In this document: positions 62,516 to 64,000 of the stretch, piece by piece
Numbering within the stretch: position 1 is the stretch's first letter
How the letters are laid out: each line of letters opens with the position of its first letter
IMG/VR virus record: IMGVR_UViG_3300033121_001301
Location: 1-64,000 of that record
Direction: 5' to 3' (one strand)
Length of the DNA: 64,000 nt
Source: a virus
Lineage: Duplodnaviria > Caudoviricetes
The notes under the pieces: generated by a model
Database searches by the model: none
What the model was told of the DNA's origin: nothing
Seen by the model: the letters and a program-made list of their open reading frames with translations, nothing else
Program-made: the position numbers and the translations under genes

Positions 62516-64000
62516 CGGATGGTCACGCTCACTTGATCTTGGCTGGAGTAGAACGCCACCGTTTTCCAGGTGAGCAGATTGTCTGGGTCATCTGGTATCG
62601 TGATTTTGGTTCCGTCATAACCGACAGTTAAATTATCGTTATCGATCGTCTTGATGCTGCAAGTCATGGAAGTAACTGCAACCACCAGGCTGGGGTTCAC
62701 ACTTCTCGCAGCAGCAGCCACGTCAGCTACCGTCAGTGTTTTAGTAAACAGCTGACCGTTGATCATTTGGATGACAGCACTCTTGGCAGCATCAGCAGAG
62801 CTGGAAGCGTTTGGGCCAGAAAGCTCAATGGCTAGGAACACCTGCGCTGGAGCTGCATGACGTACCAACACGTCGCCAGCGCCACTGCGGATAGCTGGAG
62901 AACCCAGGTATTGCTGCAGCTCAGCAATCTTGGGATCGAAATAGGTCAACGCCAGATAAGACCGGGAAGCCCCAACATTGACACTGGTCACGTCATATCG
63001 ATTGTCTTCGAATAGCACCTGAAGATTGCAGAACTCAGAAAAGGCGGCTTCTTTGACGCTTCGCACGTCCGGTATGTATCTCTCACCCTCCAGTGGAGCC
63101 AGGTTAGTCTGGTCAGCCGCCAGTACAAACACTTCGGAGCTTGGATAGAACTTGGTACCGCTTTGATTGTCTTGAGCAACGATGTTGACAATCTTGTAGA
63201 TGCCCGGTGCAGCAGTACCACCCAGCGTGAATGACCAGGTGCCGATTGATCCAACCTTAGAAACAAGTACAGCACTTACTGTGACCGCTTCAGAGTACAG
63301 TCCAGCCCGGTTCTTCACCCACAAGTCCACCCTGCCACCAGTTGCACCTGGAAGCACTCCTCGGCGGTCTCTCTGCTGCTCAGCATCACCGAAGCCAGCT
63401 ACAGAAATGTCTATCAGTTCAGGGTAATTCCCAGTGCTTCTGGCCATGGCTTCGAAGGAATTGCGACCAGACCAGCTCTTGACCGAGCTTTCACTGAGAG
63501 CCCTGTCAGCCAGCTGCTCGTCAGTTTCAGCTGCTTTACCAGTTCCAGCTGACTTGACTACTTTGACTTCAACCAGATTGGATACGCTCTTGGAGAGAGT
63601 CAGCAAAGTGTCTACAGCCAGGTTGTACTCGGAACCCACAGCCCTGGCAGTGAGGCTAAGTACAATACCCCATCTCCCAGTTCCAATCTGAGACAGCACC
63701 AGATCCGTGCTGGTTACCACTGTTGAGCGAGAGCTTCTGACGCTGACTGACTGAGCTACAGAGAACTTGGCTGAACCGCTGTAAACATAATCGGCAGTCG
63801 AAAGGCTGAACGGAGCTGCACTGGAAAAAGAGAACAACACATTGATGGTGTTCTTTGTTCCAGCTTCTCTGGTCATTCCAAACATGCCAGCAACTTTGTC
63901 AGCTTGTTCGGTGGTCAGTTCACCCTTTGACAAAGACTCCAGGTTCAGCTTGTCGATGTCTTCCAGCAGGTTGGTGACGGTACTGGCTAACAACAAGCCG
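62512..64000 (-). CDS. Baseplate J-like wedge protein, partial (open to right edge)
   Basis: ARAVGSEYNL...G..AETDEQLADR...DISVAGFGD...GGRVDLWV is a baseplate J/gp6-like pattern. The reading frame is open at position 64000. Confidence 0.8.
   Translation of the reverse strand, partial: GLLLASTVTNLLEDIDKLNLESLSKGELTTEQADKVAGMFGMTREAGTKNTINVLFSFSSAAPFSLSTADYVYSGSAKFSVAQSVSVRSSRSTVVTSTDLVLSQIGTGRWGIVLSLTARAVGSEYNLAVDTLLTLSKSVSNLVEVKVVKSAGTGKAAETDEQLADRALSESSVKSWSGRNSFEAMARSTGNYPELIDISVAGFGDAEQQRDRRGVLPGATGGRVDLWVKNRAGLYSEAVTVSAVLVSKVGSIGTWSFTLGGTAAPGIYKIVNIVAQDNQSGTKFYPSSEVFVLAADQTNLAPLEGERYIPDVRSVKEAAFSEFCNLQVLFEDNRYDVTSVNVGASRSYLALTYFDPKIAELQQYLGSPAIRSGAGDVLVRHAAPAQVFLAIELSGPNASSSADAAKSAVIQMINGQLFTKTLTVADVAAAARSVNPSLVVAVTSMTCSIKTIDNDNLTVGYDGTKITIPDDPDNLLTWKTVAFYSSQDQVSVTIR

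Noticed and set aside
1-64000. Stop-codon reassignment or eukaryotic giant virus origin
   Set aside because: Long genes are uninterrupted under the standard code, and TAA, TAG and TGA all end genes. Shine-Dalgarno sites, coupled operons, intrinsic terminators, terminase and baseplate genes indicate a bacteriophage.

Overview
This 64 kb segment comes from a large, probably jumbo-class, contractile-tailed bacteriophage. It is about 50% GC by eye, uses the standard genetic code, has bacterial RBSs and intrinsic terminators, and shows no cellular housekeeping genes, integrase, tRNA or CRISPR array. Most genes are on the minus strand. Modules in window order are: (1) tail-accessory cassette with an inserted HNH (1-5.9 kb); (2) a 2641-aa giant protein with Nudix and HExxH modules, internal duplications and nine recurrent K-x-[AG] junction motifs, which looks like a protease-processed polyprotein (5.9-13.8 kb); (3) small accessory genes interleaved with conserved hairpin motifs and a densely structured non-coding island (14-19.6 kb); (4) replication/recombination block with RuvC-like resolvase, DEDDh exonuclease, RecA-like protein, gp32-like SSB, UDG-fused family A polymerase, primase, DnaB, SF2 helicase and SbcCD (19.6-42.4 kb); (5) AT-rich multi-hairpin origin candidate (42.4-42.7 kb); (6) terminase and portal-like genes in a region of alternating orientation (43.9-53.2 kb); (7) two glycosyltransferases, one with polypeptide GalNAc-transferase-like motifs, beside tail-fibre and baseplate genes, one ending in a mucin-like tail (53.9-64 kb). 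All family calls come from motifs recognised by eye, with no database search. The strongest candidates for new biology are the K-x-[AG]-segmented polyprotein, the structured RNA and repeat island, and a possible virion O-glycosylation system.
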